Below, in pieces: positions 37,883 to 51,500 of a stretch of DNA of 64,000 bases. Every line of letters begins with the position of its first letter. Position 1 is the stretch's first letter. The translations under genes and the position numbers were made by a program. The stretch comes from Eledone cirrhosa (taxonomy: Eukaryota): NCBI GenBank assembly GCA_964016885.1, contig OZ024743.1, positions 254,324,001 to 254,388,000 of the forward strand. The letters are read 5' to 3'. The notes beneath the pieces are model-generated. The model ran no database searches, had not been told where the DNA came from, and saw only the letters and a list, made by a program, of their open reading frames with translations.

Positions 37883-39035
37883 CACTACTACTACTATTGA
37901 TAATGATAATAATAATATTAATAATAATAATAATAATACAAAAAGATATAGTAATATTTTCTGTTTGATATATTATCTATGCAGACTATGATATAAGAAA
38001 TTACTGAGTCAAAATTTACAGAAATGAGATTTAAAAAATGATAGACAAGAGAATATCAACCATTAATGTCAGAGTATTTGAGAAATTCCACTAAAGGTTA
38101 TCAACTGTTTTGATATTTTAGATAAAATTTATTTAGTAAATTTCAATTAAATATATGTATTTTGCTAGACAACACACACAACAATAGAACAAAAGAAAGA
38201 TAAATACAATCAAGAGTGGCATCTGGTGCTAAAGATACTTTTCTATCATACATAACACTAGCTCAATATAATACAAACATATATAGACTCTCTACAACCA
38301 CTTTAGCACACAATCTCACATCAGAGCATCCATTACAGTTTTTTGGATGGTGGAGTGGGGTGCATAAGTATATATACGGTACCTGTGCCATATTATTATT
38401 AGCTCATGTCTTTTTTATCACCAATACAAGACTGAGAAAGAAATTAAAAGTATATTGAAACAAATTATTTTTCAGATTATTGGAGGAACTTAAGTCCCAA
38501 AAGACTCTTAGCAGTAAAAGGCTTGATAAACAAACATTTTCTTTTTTTTAATTTTAACCTTCCAAGCTACTGATTCACCTAACATTATGCTTTCCTGATG
38601 AAGAACTAATATTTAATATGTTGAGATATCCTTTTTCCTTTTCTAAGAAGCATGAAACTGATAATACTGTGTGATCATACATTTGTGCTTTTTAATCTCG
38701 AACTATATATAGATGTGTGTGTAGGTGTGTGTATTCATCTATGTATATATTATACATTGGCAGAGTTAGAATGTTGGATAGAATACTTCACAGTATTCAG
38801 TTTGGCTTTCTACATTCTGAGTACAAATCCCAGCAAAGTCAACTTTGCCTTTCATCCATTAGAGGTCGATAAAAAAAGTACCAGTCAAGTGCTCTATATC
38901 TCTTTCTCACTTCCATTCTCTCACTCTCTATCTTTTCCTGAGGGAAATTTTCTGTATTCAGACTCGGATATTAATAATACCCTAGAAATGCTATATATCA
39001 ATATGGTGCACCATATGACACCTTCAAGAGAACCA

Positions 39036-39080
<45 letters not shown>

Positions 39081-39129
39081 GTAGCAGTGTTAGAATTTTC
39101 TAAATGATTGTTTTATTCATTACTACAAC

Positions 39130-39935
39130 TATACTAAATTTATCCACTCCTTGTGGTGACATGATAACATCTTTCCATCTCACACAATCAAGCACTATCT
39201 GCATCAATTCTTCACTGGATAGACCTGCATGACTTTATTTAATGTCTTGAGAGGTCTTCTGTGTTTGTATTTCACATTAATAGGCTCCTATAGTAAACAT
39301 TTTCTAGCAGATTCAATGCCTCTCATGACACGACCTGCAATTGAAGATGCCTGACATGGATGGTATGGCTTATGGGAAGGAGTTTGCTGTAGAAAATGTT
39401 GTTTGAAACATGGTCAAGAGTTTTGATGATTTTCATCCTTCTTAACATGTGTGTATAGCAACCATCTAAAGGTTTAGTGATAGCTATTGTCACTGACCAT
39501 GATTCACAGGAATACAGTAAGATTTATTCCACTGAATCTATATCATTTGACGATTTGGTGTGTGTGTGCCAAGGTATTTGAAATTGTCTACTTTTTTGAG
39601 AACAGTATTACTTAATGATTTGATGTTTGTTGTTTGATCTGAGTTGATGGTTATGTATTTGCTTTTGTTGACATTTAGGAAGAGACCCATAGCTTGAGTA
39701 GAAAATCCTAGCTTACTCAATAAATCAGCACACAACAAATGTCATTAGCGAACTTCATATCAGGTAACATGTAACCCAGTACAAGCTGTTATATGGTTGG
39801 GTTGTCCAGGACTATACTCGCAATCCCACAAAGCCTACTTGGTGAGGAGGGTGATGTTGGGGCATCCGGCAGCATGAAAAATAAAACCTGACAAAGAATG
39901 AAAGGACTCAGGAAAGTCAACAGCCACCCCATAGT
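39130..39935 (-). mobile_element. Decayed RTE-X-like LINE (RT remnant plus 5' UTR-like segment)
   Basis: GLFLNVNKSKYI...LKKVDNFKYLG; LLYSCESWSVT..I.K.LDGCYTHMLR. Confidence 0.65.
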
Positions 39936-40487
39936 ATGTACATGTGTTGTGGGTGTGTGTCTTTTTTATTATAATTTTTATTACTACTATTTATTAAAAC
40001 TTTTATTATAACATTTTAAACCTTTTCAACTTATATAACTTTTCAACTTTTAAAATTTGTTTCTTTTTTGTTACTGATGGTGAAGTTTGCATGCTACAGC
40101 AATCCGGAGAGCTATGCTGGCAGGAATTTAACACATGTTAGGGTCAACCAAGCTAGACATGTCAAAGAGAAGAAGCTAGATTAAGCTAGTAATTTAAAAA
40201 AAACAAACTATTGTTTGTGTGTATTTGTAGTCACATTGGCAGGTAGCTGCAAACTGTTATTTTAGTCTTTTGTACATTGAAGCTCTAGTTAGAAGAGAAC
40301 TACAGGACAAGGCAGCAACAGAAGTGGCTACTTATTGATGCAGTATATTACCCCACCATTAAAAAATGGAACAGAATCAAGAAATCACTTTAATCCTTAT
40401 CAAATAATATTGAGTAAATTTTATCAACTAATTATTGTCTAAATTTCTTAGATGAAGAATTATCATTATTTGTAGAGAAAAGGGTTA

Positions 40488-41365
40488 GCGGATTGGCACT
40501 ATTGGTAGAAGGTTGGACGCCATGCTTTTCAGCATAGAGTTATGTCCCTTTACGTTCTGAGTTCAAATCCTTCCGAGTTTAACTTTGCCTTTCATCTTTA
40601 CAGGGTCGATAAAATAAAGCACCAGTAATGCACTGGGATAATTGCTGGCATTGCGCCAAAAGTAGAAATAATTATTTGTAGAGCAATGGATTGACATTAT
40701 CAGTAGAGTGTTGGACAAAATGCTTTGTTAAATGTAGTTGCAGCCCTTTACATTCTGGGTTCAAATTCCGCTGAGGCCAATTTTGCCTTTTATCATTTCA
40801 GACTCGATAAAACAAGGTACCAGAGATGGTACTGGGATTGATTTAAATGACTTTCTCTTCCCCTCAAATTGTTGGCTCTGTTCTTGAAGTATAACTTATT
40901 ATACATACTGTATTAAAAATGGCTTCTGATTTAGGCACAAGACTAGCAATTTCAAGGGAAGGTGAAAGTCATTTAAATTGATCCCAGTGCATTTCTGGTT
41001 CTTTAGTTTTCCAACCCATTAAGGATGAAAGGCAAAGCTAACCTTCATGGGATTTGAACTCAGAATGTAAAGGGTCGAGGCTGCAAACTATGTTATCTGA
41101 GACTCTACGAATACTACCAATCCACTGCCCTAATAACAATGATAAAGATTTCTTGTTCAGGAACAAAGCCAGCAATTTTTGGTGAAGAGGAAATTTGATT
41201 AAATCAACTCCAGTGTACGACTAGTACTTTATTTTATCCAATCGTGCAAGGATGAAAGGCAAAGCTAACCTCAGTGGGATTTTAACTCAGAATGTAAAAG
41301 GACATAACTATGTGCAGCAAAGCATGTTGCCTGATGCTCTGTTGATACTACCAATACACTGCCCA
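40488..41365. mobile_element. Cluster of four tRNA-derived SINEs (two +, then two -)
   Basis: About 40488-40675 +, 40687-40895 +, 40925-41130 -, 41150-41365 -. Confidence 0.85.
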
Positions 41366-41720
41366 AATAATAATAACTACACAGGGTAAAACCTCTTAAG
41401 TCCAACAGGCATATGAACACTTGATTCTTACTATAAGCATCTTGGTTTTATCTGTGACCCAGTGCAATGCTGGGATCCTGAAGTGAACTGAAGCTGAGAA
41501 TGAGAGATAGATCACAAAACAAAAAAAAAACAATAACCTTGTATAAGGCATTGCATACAAAAGCAGGAGTAAATCAGCTGCACATGAATCACACAGTTGG
41601 ACAATTGACTTCTACTCCTGCATACATTAAATCTGGTCTGTTATGATCAGATCGATCATATAGAAAAGTTTAGAAAATCCAACTAAATATACATATATAT
41701 GTTGGTATTATATTGAGCTG

Positions 41721-41907
41721 GTGGATTGGCAGTATCGGTAGATGGTCGGACGCTTTGCTTTGCCCCAACGAGTTATGGCCATTTATGGTCTGAGTTCAAA
41801 TCACGCCAAGGTTAACTTTGCCTTTCATCCTGACGGGGTTGATAAAATAAAGTACCAGTAATACACTGGGATAATTGCTGGCTTTGGCCCAAAAGTAGAA
41901 ACAATTA
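41721..41907 (+). mobile_element. tRNA-derived SINE with target-site duplication
   Basis: Flanked by attatattgagctggtg on both sides. Confidence 0.9.
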
Positions 41908-42742
41908 TATTGAGCTGGTGTGCATGTGTGTATATATATATATGTAAGAATATGTAATCCAGGTTGTAATTAAATGTGAGGATCTGTATGATTTGACTTA
42001 GGTACGTGCACCCCAATAGTTGCAGGTTTAACCTAAAGTTATAGTTCTTGTGGAGAAACTCTAGATTTCCCATTAGTTCAATATATATATTTTCTTTACC
42101 TAACTAATCTCCAATATTATGTTAATGTTTGCTTCACAACTGATTTCAACTATTGTGCTCAGTTTTTTTTCCATATCCAAGATCATTATGTCAGGTATTT
42201 TATGGTAGGTGTAAGTACATGCCATATGTGTGTATGTGCGTATATATATATATATATATTTGATTGAAGTATTTCCGTAGGAAAGGTAAAGGAAAAGAGA
42301 GTGCTCTATGTAGGCTACAGAGCTATTTAGTTATGTAATAATCAACACACATATATATACATACACACACATATATACAAACATATATATATATACATAT
42401 ATATATGTGTGTGTATGTATATATGTGTTTGTATGTATATATATATATATATGTATGGAGATGTGAGTGTATGTATATTTGTGTATATTTTTGGGTACGT
42501 GTATGTGCATGTATGCGTGTGTGTGTGCGCATGTGTGAGTGAGTTTGTATTTTCTTGTAGGAGCACATATAAGTATGTGTGAATGTGTAAGTATATGTAT
42601 ATGAGTGAGTATGTGCTTGTATATATACATATACTTTTTTTATTTTCCTCTTTACATTATGTCCGTTATTTTATTCCAGCCCATATTCAATTGTTCTAGA
42701 CTCTGTTTTGAAATCTATATCCCACTTCCATTTTAAATAAAA

Positions 42743-42798
42743 TTCATTTTGATGATTGAAAGCAGACATCTGTCTACGTGAAACCTTTGGTAAATGAA
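42743..42798 (+). ncRNA. Degenerate type I hammerhead (C3U)
   Basis: ttcatt TTGATGA ...agaca tc tgtct... GAAA CC ttt GG TA aatgaa. Stems I and III perfect; about 30 nt before (TA)n. Confidence 0.6.
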
Positions 42799-45700
42799 AT
42801 AATTATCTTATGTTGTTTATTACATAACTATATATATATATGTATGAAATTACTTCTGTAACTTCACTCAACTTCAAAATAAAGGTAAATGAATACAACA
42901 AGCCTGAACCAACAATGACCCACCAAACAAAATACAATTATTCAGCTTTAAAAACCACACATAACATGATTAATCATCTTAAAATAATCATTTAACAGTA
43001 TATCATACCACTATTAAGACACTTAACAGTACAGATAAATAAAATACATTGATGCAAACAAATATTAATCCCACCACAACAAAACATATTATACCTTCAT
43101 AAAGCATATCTTAAAAAAGAAAACCATTCTACTCATCCCTCAATTGAAATCTTAGTTAAACTAACACTACACCAAACTAATCTCATCATGAGAGAAACCC
43201 TTTCTGCAAAAGACCTTATGACTAAGATCTTAGTCAACACAGTACCAGAGGCATAATACTATAGTGTATATATATCATCATCATCATCATTTAACGTCAA
43301 TTTTCCACGCTAGCATGGGTTAGACAGGTCATCCAATTTGAGATAAGTTGGGTGAGGTGACCGTGTCTTACACATATAAGACTGTTTCTTGCTAAGTTTC
43401 TACAGTTGGATGCCCTTCCTAATGCCAACCATATTTACAGTGTGTGCTTGGTGATTTTTGCCCTGACACCTACACGACCATTTTACATTGTGGGCTGAGT
43501 GCTTTTTGTCGTGAAACCTACATGACCACTTTACAATGTGGGCTGGTTATATTTTGTTCACAGTGTAAGGGCAATGTGGACAGGAGTGGGTGGGTGGGGT
43601 ATAGTGGTTAAGAAGGGCCTACTAGGTGTATGTTTGAGTCTGTATGCATAGGACGGTGTGTCTTCTGTATTACTGCTTAAAATATATAAATATATATGTA
43701 TATATACTTTTATTCTTTTACTTGTTTGAATGACCCAGCTGAGGCCATGCTGGGGTAACGATATTCTATCACATGTATGTTTGTATGTATATGTGTATTT
43801 ATTTATTTGTTTATACATTTCTTTGCCCCACACACATATAATCAGCAATAAATTGAAGTTGACTAAACTAAAACAATTCAGTGTAGTAGATTATCTAACA
43901 CTTAATGAGTTCAAAGTTTCTACATGTCTTCAATTGTTAGTAAAATATGTCCAAGTTGAACCAAGGTTGTCAATTACCATCAACTCTTGTCTGACCTTTG
44001 ATAAAATCTCTTATTCTCTGTCAGACATTTCAAGTCTTTGCAGATCCTGAAAGACAATTCTAAGAGCCACATTGTGATTAGATTTTCTTTCAATAGAATG
44101 TCTTATTCTAGGCAGCATTTATTTCTCCACAGTGTCATGTGTAGCGATGTCTCATTATCAGTTTTAGATGTGTGTACATTGTAAGAAATAGTAAGAAGTA
44201 TATACAATGTTATTGATTTGATTACTGGTTGAGATTGTTTGTCTGGAGTGAACAGAGACAATATAGAGCACAGAGGGCACATTAGTCTTGGCAAGGGTAT
44301 AATGACCTCTTTAATGCTAGGAACATGATAAAATAAACCCAGTACACTCTGTGAAGTGGGTGATAACTGATTAAGGAAGGGAGGACACTTTAGTTGTACT
44401 GAGAAAATAAAAACCTTTCCAGGTTTGGTAACATGATAGAATAAACCCTTTCCACCCTATAAACTGATTTGTAATCGATCATATATGATGTATGGTAGAA
44501 AAGATTATTCTGTCTTGTCATAAACATAACATCTGTGGTACTGGTTACATGATAAAATAAACTCAGTACACTATGTAAAGTAGTTTGTGATTAGAAAATA
44601 AATTTGATATGCAATACAAAATAAATATTGGAAAGGGAAATACATATTTAAATAATTGTTTCTAAATACATATTTAAATAATATAAAAGAACACTAATCA
44701 TACTAATGAAAATTCATGCTTAAAACACAACTTACCCTTTATTCAGGGTGCAAAAATCCAGTATCAATAAATTTCTTTAATCCACTTTTTAACAATTTTA
44801 TACTTTATTGCACTTTTATAATTTTCTTTAGGTATTACTCTTTATTTTATAATTTTAATTTAACCTGAACCATATATTAAAAAAAACATTTAACATAAGC
44901 AAATTAAACTTACATACAACGTAAAATCCAGCATACAAATAATTCTAGTGAATAGCCTAGAATTTTTACAAACCGAAACTTTTAACTGTTTAATAGCACT
45001 TTTTTGTTTATTTGGGACCTAAGCCACACAAAAAAGTGATTACAAGCCAGGAACAGAGAACATTTTTTTTTTTGTTACACAGTGTTAATTAGAGATGGCA
45101 GAAAGGACAGTTTATTTACATCAAGGACATAGCAGCCTCTTTAGATTTGGTAACATGATAAAATAAATCTGATATACTCTGTAAATTGGTTTGTATTCGA
45201 TCACGTATGACTTAAGATAGAAAAGATTCTTCTGTCTTGTCAAAGACATAACCTCGCTAGTGAAGGTGCAGCAATAAAATTATATTCAGTTTGAGACTAT
45301 ACCAGTTAAGATATCCAAAAGATTCTCTGACTTAAAATAGGTTTGAAAGACTAACAGTTGATATCACATAATAGTGTTATATGATTTGAATAGCACTGAT
45401 ACAGCACATGCAGATATCATAACTCAAAATTCAGTTCTTATAAACTCCTTGACTTTAGTTGAGGCATTTCTTTTCAACTATGCTCAAGATCTCTCTCTCA
45501 CTTTCTCGCGAATCTAACCAGTAACATGAAGTGGAGACCATCTGACATGTCGTATCCAAAAGCCTTAGGAACAGTGTATAATAGAACAGGTCAAAGTATT
45601 CAAATCACTGGAAATTTACTTTATCCTATTATTATTTTATGTCATTGAAAATCTCTTGACTTTTATATAATATCATTTAACATTTTGAAATAAGACTGCA

Positions 45701-45849
45701 TCACAACACTTTAAATTGTCATGAGATACAATCAAACAGCTGCTCTTACTTTTAATACTAATTCGTCTCATGTAAGTTATACAATTGCCATTCTGTGATT
45801 TTATTTCTGAAGAGAATCACAGGTGTATGTATGTAAGTATGGAGAGTTA

Positions 45850-46399
45850 GTTAAAGGAAAACGACCGCCACATAAACCATAAAAGAGGTATAAGGATTCC
45901 TTGAAAGCCTATTTGAAAGACGCTAACACCTGCTGATACATGGGAAAATATTGCTGTTGATCGTAATAAATGGAGAAAGACTGTATATGAGGGAAAAGTT
46001 GCCTTTGAGGCATCTCGAATCGCGTACGAGAAAGTAAAGCGGGATGTGAGGAAGGGCATTGCTGTTGCAATTCCATACGGCAAGGGTTCTCCTATGGTGC
46101 TGACATGCAGCGTCTGTACGAGACTCTGCCTAAGCAAAGCTGGACTCGAAAGTCATCTTCGCAGTCATAAAGTAAGACCAGTGGTTGACTACCAGGCTGC
46201 TGTTGGAGATGCTACACATGCTTGCCAAGCATGTGGTAGAGAATGCAGATCAGCAGGAGGGCTCAAGCGACATGCAAAAGTCCATGAACTCCAACCACAG
46301 CCGGCTATTCCCAGTGAATGTTTTGGTTGCCGACTCTGTGCAAGACATTTTAGATCATTGGCTGCGCTAAAAAGCCACATTCGATTGCAGCGTTGTTAG
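45850..46399 (+). mobile_element. RTE/BovB-like LINE 3' end with three C2H2-type zinc fingers
   Basis: KRYKDSLKAYLK..TWENIAVDRNKWRKTVYEG..FE, then CSVC..H..SH, CQAC..H..VH, CRLC..H. Confidence 0.75.
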
Positions 46400-46450
46400 T
46401 TGCTATCATGTGTGCGTGTGTATAGATATGTTTATGTGTGTGCGTGTGTG

Positions 46451-47035
46451 TCATCATCATCATCATCATCACCGTTTTACGTCCGTTCTCTAACATGGGT
46501 TAGACGGGTTGTGCTGTTGTGGGCAGTGTCTGGTCGGCTGACCATGCCTTGCTCATACAGGAACTGATTTGGCTTGCTTTCTACAGCTGGATGCCATTCG
46601 TAACACCAACCTCATTTACACTGACTGCTGGGTGCTTTTTCGTGGCGCCTACACGTCCACTTTACAGTGTGGGCTGGGTGCTTTTTGCTGTGGCACCTCC
46701 ACGACCACCTTGCAGTGGGGGCATATTGTCTATATGCTTCAGCTTGTACCCATGGGAGGTCGGGTACTCTGTATTACTGCGTGACGCCAGAGGTCACGGT
46801 CGTGTGTCATCGCCTTTGAGAGGTGTAATTGGGTAAGGTCGGCTTTTATCACCTCATCCCAGGTCATCTTGGATCTCCCCACTCCGCGGCTTCCATCGAC
46901 TTCTAGTGCTCTGCACCTTTTTATGCAGCTGTTATCCTTCATACGCATCACATGTCCATACCAACGCAGCCGCCTCTCCTGCACACAGCATTTGATTCCT
47001 CTTATGCTCAGTCTTTCTCTCAATTCATTTATCTT
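46451..47035 (-). mobile_element. RTE LINE 3' fragment joined to a SINE-type tail
   Basis: ERRLRWYGHVMRM...TWDEVIKADL...DRDLWR; (GAT)n tail. Confidence 0.85.
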
Positions 47036-47060
47036 TTGTCATGTGTATATATATATGTAT

Positions 47061-47099
<39 letters not shown>

Positions 47100-47414
47100 A
47101 ATATATAAGTATATATATATATATTTTTTTTCTTGTGCAATGGCCATACTCGATAACGAGGGGGCAGCCATCATGTATGTATGTATGTATGTATGCATGC
47201 ATGCATGTATGTTCATCGGATTTTATAATTTCACAAATGTTTGCCAATAGAGAGAGAGTCGGTTTCTAACATAGATACAAGACCCTCCCATTGGAATTTG
47301 CACGACATCAACTAGGTAGATATGTATGTATGCATGCATGTGTAGATATGGATGTTATTGTATGTGTGGATGTGTATGTTTTGAGTTGTATCTGTACATG
47401 TGTATATGCAGTTA

Positions 47415-50400
47415 TTAGATGCAACATTTTTGGAACATTTTACATATTTTTACTTTTCCATTAATAGATTGTACTTGTAGTTTCCTAACTAGTTGTGTTC
47501 TTCCTGTTCCTGTGAAGCCCAGCTTCTCAAGATTTGTATTGAGGCAGTTACTAACATACCCCAGCGCCCCAATAATCACAGGCATAAATCTGAAGGTACA
47601 ATCAGGGTGGAGTATCTGCAGATTTCTCATCAGTTCTGCATAAATATTCTCCTTTTCTCTAATCTTTGATATTATATTGGCATCTGCTGGGCAGCTAACT
47701 TCCACTACCCTGCATACCTTCTTTTCCCTGTCCCATATCATTATATCTCGTCTGTTATGCCTGCATCTTATTGGGGATTTTACTGGAACATTCCACCAGT
47801 ACTCTTTCATATTATGTACATCGATGTCTTCCACATTGCTGTATCTTTTAATGTGTTTATTATCGGGGCTATCTTTTTTACGAACTGCATTGTACAGTGT
47901 TTTGGCCACTACATCATGCCTGATAGGTAGATAGTACCGCAATGACATCTTTGGACAGCTGCTGATGACATGGGTAACATCTTCGAAGTTAGTTCTGCAG
48001 ACTCTGCACTTGTTATCACATCTAGGTGTATTGCCTGCATCCCTATCTCTTTTGTGAATCAGGTATTTCGTGTTGATTTCCTGTTCTTGGATTGCAAAAG
48101 CGTATCCTTCAAAGTAGGAGCCAATATAGCGGTTGTTCGTCCAAGATAGACTACTTTCTTTATCTATATTACTCTCACTCATATCCATGCTTGATTTTTT
48201 GCTGATAAGCATGCAGTTTTTCATCCATGGATTCACTGCGATACTGCTGATCGACTTCCCTGGGTGTGAGGTTTTGATTATCACACAGGGAATACCTCTC
48301 GAGGAGTTCCTTCCCAACTCTAATGATCTTATCTGTTTCATGCAGATAGACTTGCTCGAGAGACAGGCTCCTACGCTTTGAGGTTCGTAGATGTTGTCAG
48401 AGGGATATGATGCAACATTCAAATGCTGTCTGAACTGATGTTAGGCCTCTGCCTCCCTGCTTACATTTCAGGTAAAGGCGGTCTATGTCACTGTTGATGT
48501 GGAAGTTTACGGTGTTGTTTAGTATTTTTCGAGTTCTAACATCAATCGCTCAAATTCGTCCAATTGATTTTTCCAAAGTTGCTGTTAGGACAGACACAGC
48601 AAACACATTGTGAGCCACTGTTTTGTTTTGTTCAGAGATTTCCGACGACCATATCCTTCTTAATCGGGTGTAGTATTCCCTGGTTACGCGTTCCTTATTA
48701 CAGATACCATTATAAGATATTTTCTCATCTATCCCCAGGTATCTGTAGCAGTCCTCATCAGATATTGGTGAAACAGTTATGCCATTGATACAAATGTTAG
48801 ATTGGGTTGTTGTTTTTCCCCGCTTTACAGTCATATATGAGCATTTATCTTGGCCAAACTCCATTCCTATATCCTTTGAGAATGTTGTAACCAGGTTAAG
48901 ATTTTTCTTCATACCATCCATGTTCTTGGTATTGAGTTTCAGATCATCCACAAAGAAATTATGGGTTTCTTGAGCAGATAGGACAAGGGCTTTAATGACA
49001 AGTTGAATAATATCACAGAGAGACTGTCTCCCTGAAATATACCCCTGCAATATTTTATTTTATCAGTGAAAATAGAGTCCTCCTTCTCTGTCTTTAACTT
49101 TAGGATAGTAGCCCAAGAAGAAGACAGCCTCTCTATGGCTCTGATAATAATGTCTGGGACTTTAGCAAGTCGGAGGGCATCTATCATCCAAGAGTGGGGA
49201 ACAGAATCGAAAGCTTTCCTGTAGTCCAGCCAGACTGTAGCCATATTCCTCCTAAGTTGTTGCACGTCCTACATCACAGTTTTGTTGATTAGGAGTTGAT
49301 CAGCACATCCCCAAACCCCTTTCTTTCCAGCTGCTTGTTCATCTGTGATAATGTTATTATTTTCACAGTGATCTTGGAGGAATAGATTCAGGCAGGCTGT
49401 ATACATCTTATACATCAGGTTCTGGCATGCTATGGGTCAGTAGTCTTTTGCCAGGTGGGTGTCTTTGTTCTTGGGGACCAGTAATGTTTGTGCTAATGTC
49501 AACCATTCTGGTATAAGTGTATCTTCCTTAAGAACTTGTTGATAGAAGTCGGTAAGATACCTCCGATAGAATATCAGTTTTTTGTACCAGTAGCCGACAC
49601 TCATATCTCTTCCTGGTGTTTTCCTATCACAGTCTCAAGGATACCCTCACTTATTTCGTATGTTTTTGTTGTAGTGTAGGAGCAATAGTTCTTTTGGATT
49701 TCTTTTAGCCACACTGCATCTTGGTTGAAATCTTCTTTTCACCCAATATTTTTCTCTAAAAGGAATCTATGTCTTTCTGGGATGGGGCCTCAGTGGCACT
49801 TATTATTTTGTCCTTCATATCTCTATAGACTGATGTTTGGTTTCGTCTGAATCTTTTATTAAGCACTTTTCTTTCATCTACCTTCTTCGGGTATCGGCGT
49901 TTTTCGTTAACAGCTCTCAATTCTTGTTTGAGGGTGATCAGCTTATATTGAAGAGTTCTAGTTCTACTGTTACCAAACATCGTCTCTATTTTATTTTTAA
50001 CTCTTTATTAGTAAGGAGTGAAGTTTGGTTGTGTTTGTTTGCATGTAAGGAGCATTGTCACGTGGTATGGTTTTTCGTACGTCAGCAATCTTTTTTCTCT
50101 TTTAGAGATGGTATTTTTGGTGGTGTTTTGTTCTTGTTAATATCTCTGCTATCACCAAGATAATGCTTCCCTGTCGTTGCTAAGGCATATAAACAGGCGT
50201 TGATTTGTCAAAATGCTGTGGTTTTTATCCCTCGTAAATATTCATCCCCTATTTCGTCAATAACACGTAATATTTCATTATTTTATTAAATATTGTTGTT
50301 TTAATACGTTCAGCAAGAGAAATGTTTATACATGAATTAATTTCTCTCTGGAAAATTTCGTTGAAGGAAATTTTCAATTGTTTATACTTTTGATTATTAT

Positions 50401-51178
50401 CTTTATCGATAGTATCGATAGTATTTTCCACAATAGTCGAAGTAGACTCGGATGGTACACGTGGTGTCAAATTTCCTTGATTATTATTATTATCGATAGT
50501 GTTTTCCCGAGCATTCAAGGTAAACTTAGATGGTACACGAGGTGTCAAATTTCTTACAGGCATAGTTGTTTCAAGGTTGTTAGACCTGGCTACTAGGAAG
50601 TCTAGTAGCATGGCGACCGGTAACACGTGATCTTGATTCCATGTTTGTTCTGGGGGACGTAGAATTAATAATATTTATTTTATTTTTACGTTCAACAAAC
50701 GTCGCTTGTTGGCGTAATTGTTTCGCTGTAAAATGATTTAGCTCTGGGTGTATTTCGTCCCACTGTAGCTTCATTCTGTTCATATAGCTAAGGGAGGGAT
50801 TGTTTTTTGCCATTTTATAACAATTAAACAAATCATCATTAAGTTCGCAACTCCAAGGGAAATGCGATTTATAATTTCGGTTTCTTCTGTAGATAGAGCT
50901 GAATAAACTTTTTTTACCGTTCTCGTTTTTTTCGGTATTCCACTGATGTTGTGTTCAGCCATGCTGTTTGTAGCAAATCCTTGTAAAATGAATTATGTAT
51001 TTAGTCGGATATCTCTACGAATTCGAATAAAAGGTGTCTTCCGTGGATATAGTTAGAAGAATACCTAGTTATTCAACACTACTGGTAGTTGTGGCATTAC
51101 TCTCGGAGATAGTATTCATCTTAAATTTAATGAATAGTCTCCGACGCCAAAATGTGCGACTGATCGCGTTAACTGACT
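47415..51178 (-). mobile_element. R4/Dong-type non-LTR retrotransposon (RT + restriction-like endonuclease), near full length, disrupted
   Basis: WLDYRKAFDSVPHSW, GIFQGDSLS, FVDDLKL, YRYLG, AIQEQEI, CRVC...HVISSC, RHD, DIMIWD..VEVSCP, PVIIGALG; N-terminal ORF pieces up to 50962. Confidence 0.92.
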
Positions 51179-51200
51179 ATGTATGTATGTATATATATAT

Positions 51201-51500
51201 ATATTATAAAGAAAACGAAAAATCAGTGATGTATCTGGACTTAGTTTATTTCGTGTTACAAATGTTTCGCCGGCATGTAGCTCGAGTCATAAAATTTGCT
51301 CCGGACGTAACACCCGTGTCTGAAAGAACCCACAGAAGTAGAATCAGCCATATCCATACAAGGACCATGACTCGAGCTACATGCCGGCGAAACATTTGTA
51401 ACACAAAATAAACTAAGTCTAGATGCATCACTGATTTTTTGTTTTCTTTATAATATCTACACTCTACTCTGATGAATATCGAGTGCTAATTTTGGCATAC
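51201..51500. mobile_element. PLE-type inverted-repeat insertion (90-bp arms) with HHR-like 3' half and tail
   Basis: Arms 51201-51290 and 51367-51456; ccggc GAAA CATTTG TA acac then AATAAA. Confidence 0.7.

Noticed and set aside
38586-38660. atgctttc CTGATGA agaa...ttct aa gaagcat
   Set aside because: Stems I and II are plausible, but the GAAA/stem III segment is missing at the required place.
44320-45260. Repeated aacatgataaaataaa.ccagtacactctgt motifs
   Set aside because: Look like decayed pieces of the common SINE body, not a new structure.
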